Source of the DNA: an uncultured Eubacteriales bacterium
GTDB taxonomy: Bacteria > Acidobacteriota > Aminicenantia > Aminicenantales > Aminicenantaceae
Assembly: GCA_964406575.1 (NCBI GenBank)
Contig: CAYOSH010000009.1
Span: forward strand, 35,014 to 99,013
Length of the DNA stretch: 64,000 nt
Direction of reading: 5' to 3'
Shown here: positions 63,800 to 64,000 of the stretch, in pieces
How the letters are laid out: each line of letters opens with the position of its first letter
Position numbering within the stretch: position 1 is the stretch's first letter
Translations under genes and position numbers: made by a program
Notes under the pieces: generated by a model
Database searches by the model: none
What the model was told of the DNA's origin: nothing
Seen by the model: the letters and a program-made list of their open reading frames with translations, nothing else

Positions 63800-64000
63800 T
63801 CATCTGTCTTTTCCTAAGGATTCCACATTTTTTATCAAATTTGTCAGGGCCTCTTCGATATACATAAAGTTGTGAATTCCCGAACTTCCGTCAAGCAGAA
63901 TGTTCTGAAAAGATCTTTCTGTCCCATGTATGAGGTTTTTTTCTTGTTCAGTCAATGTTAATTTCTTCTTTTCTTTCAAAAGGGACGTCAGAGATGCGGA
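63800..64000 (-). CDS. partial CDS, 3' end only (N-terminus beyond the window end); unknown function
   Basis: The minus-strand frame is open from 64000 to TGA (63802-63800): ...KKLTLTEQEKNLIHGTERSFQNILLDGSSGIHNFMYIEEALTNLIKNVESLGKDR*. Confidence 0.4.
   Translation of the reverse strand, partial: SASLTSLLKEKKKLTLTEQEKNLIHGTERSFQNILLDGSSGIHNFMYIEEALTNLIKNVESLGKDR

Noticed and set aside
1-64000. CRISPR arrays, rRNA or tRNA genes, prophage or defence-system genes (RT, nucleases, ATPase-nuclease pairs, TA modules).
   Set aside because: No regularly spaced direct repeats and no ORFs with such signatures were seen. The only tandem repeats are the 2-unit 21-bp repeat at 19998 and the 10-bp duplication at 4461.

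Overview
The window is a gene-dense bacterial chromosomal segment with no rRNA, tRNA, CRISPR array, transposase or integrase that I could recognise. All calls come from reading the ORF track and the DNA by eye; no searches or computations were run, and start codons were adjusted only where an RBS or family N-terminus supported it. The gene content suggests an anaerobe, because it includes tungsten-type aldehyde:ferredoxin oxidoreductase, class II RNR and many multiheme cytochromes. Seven blocks can be distinguished. (1) 1-6.8 kb is a signalling cluster with six receiver (REC) domains, one hybrid histidine kinase, two PAS-HD-GYP enzymes, an orphan kaiB homologue and two decayed gene fragments. 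(2) 6.9-7.1 kb holds a pilT 3' remnant, followed at 7.5-16.7 kb by a visibly more GC-rich, translationally coupled operon: OYE/2,4-dienoyl-CoA-reductase-like enzyme, ferredoxin, methylmalonyl-CoA epimerase-like protein, split B12 mutase and hydantoinase A/B-family ATPase pair. (3) 16.8-20.5 kb encodes secreted esterase-TPR and ankyrin proteins plus DoxX. (4) 21-27.2 kb is housekeeping: yebC-ruvC-ruvA-ruvB-[aor]-queA. (5) 27.4-41.5 kb is an AT-rich copper/silver island. It carries csoR, three CsoR-operator-like sites, copA, a cusCBA-like RND pump, a PII-like protein, SHOCT proteins, five YHS domains, a cupredoxin, DUF302 and a protein that is about one-third methionine. (6) 41.5-55.4 kb is housekeeping: cysteine synthase family, mnmA, yeiH-like, DDAH-like, nrdJ and thiE-thiL-thiM flanked by two FAD oxidoreductase paralogues. 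(7) 55.8-64 kb is a redox module. It contains a REC protein, a histidine kinase whose periplasmic domain carries c-heme motifs, two convergent giant multiheme cytochrome c proteins (11 and 19 CXXCH) each fused to an FdnI/HydC-like membrane cytochrome b domain, and a tetraheme cytochrome. I consider the redox module, the copper island and the kaiB/REC/HD-GYP cluster the most likely places for undescribed biology.
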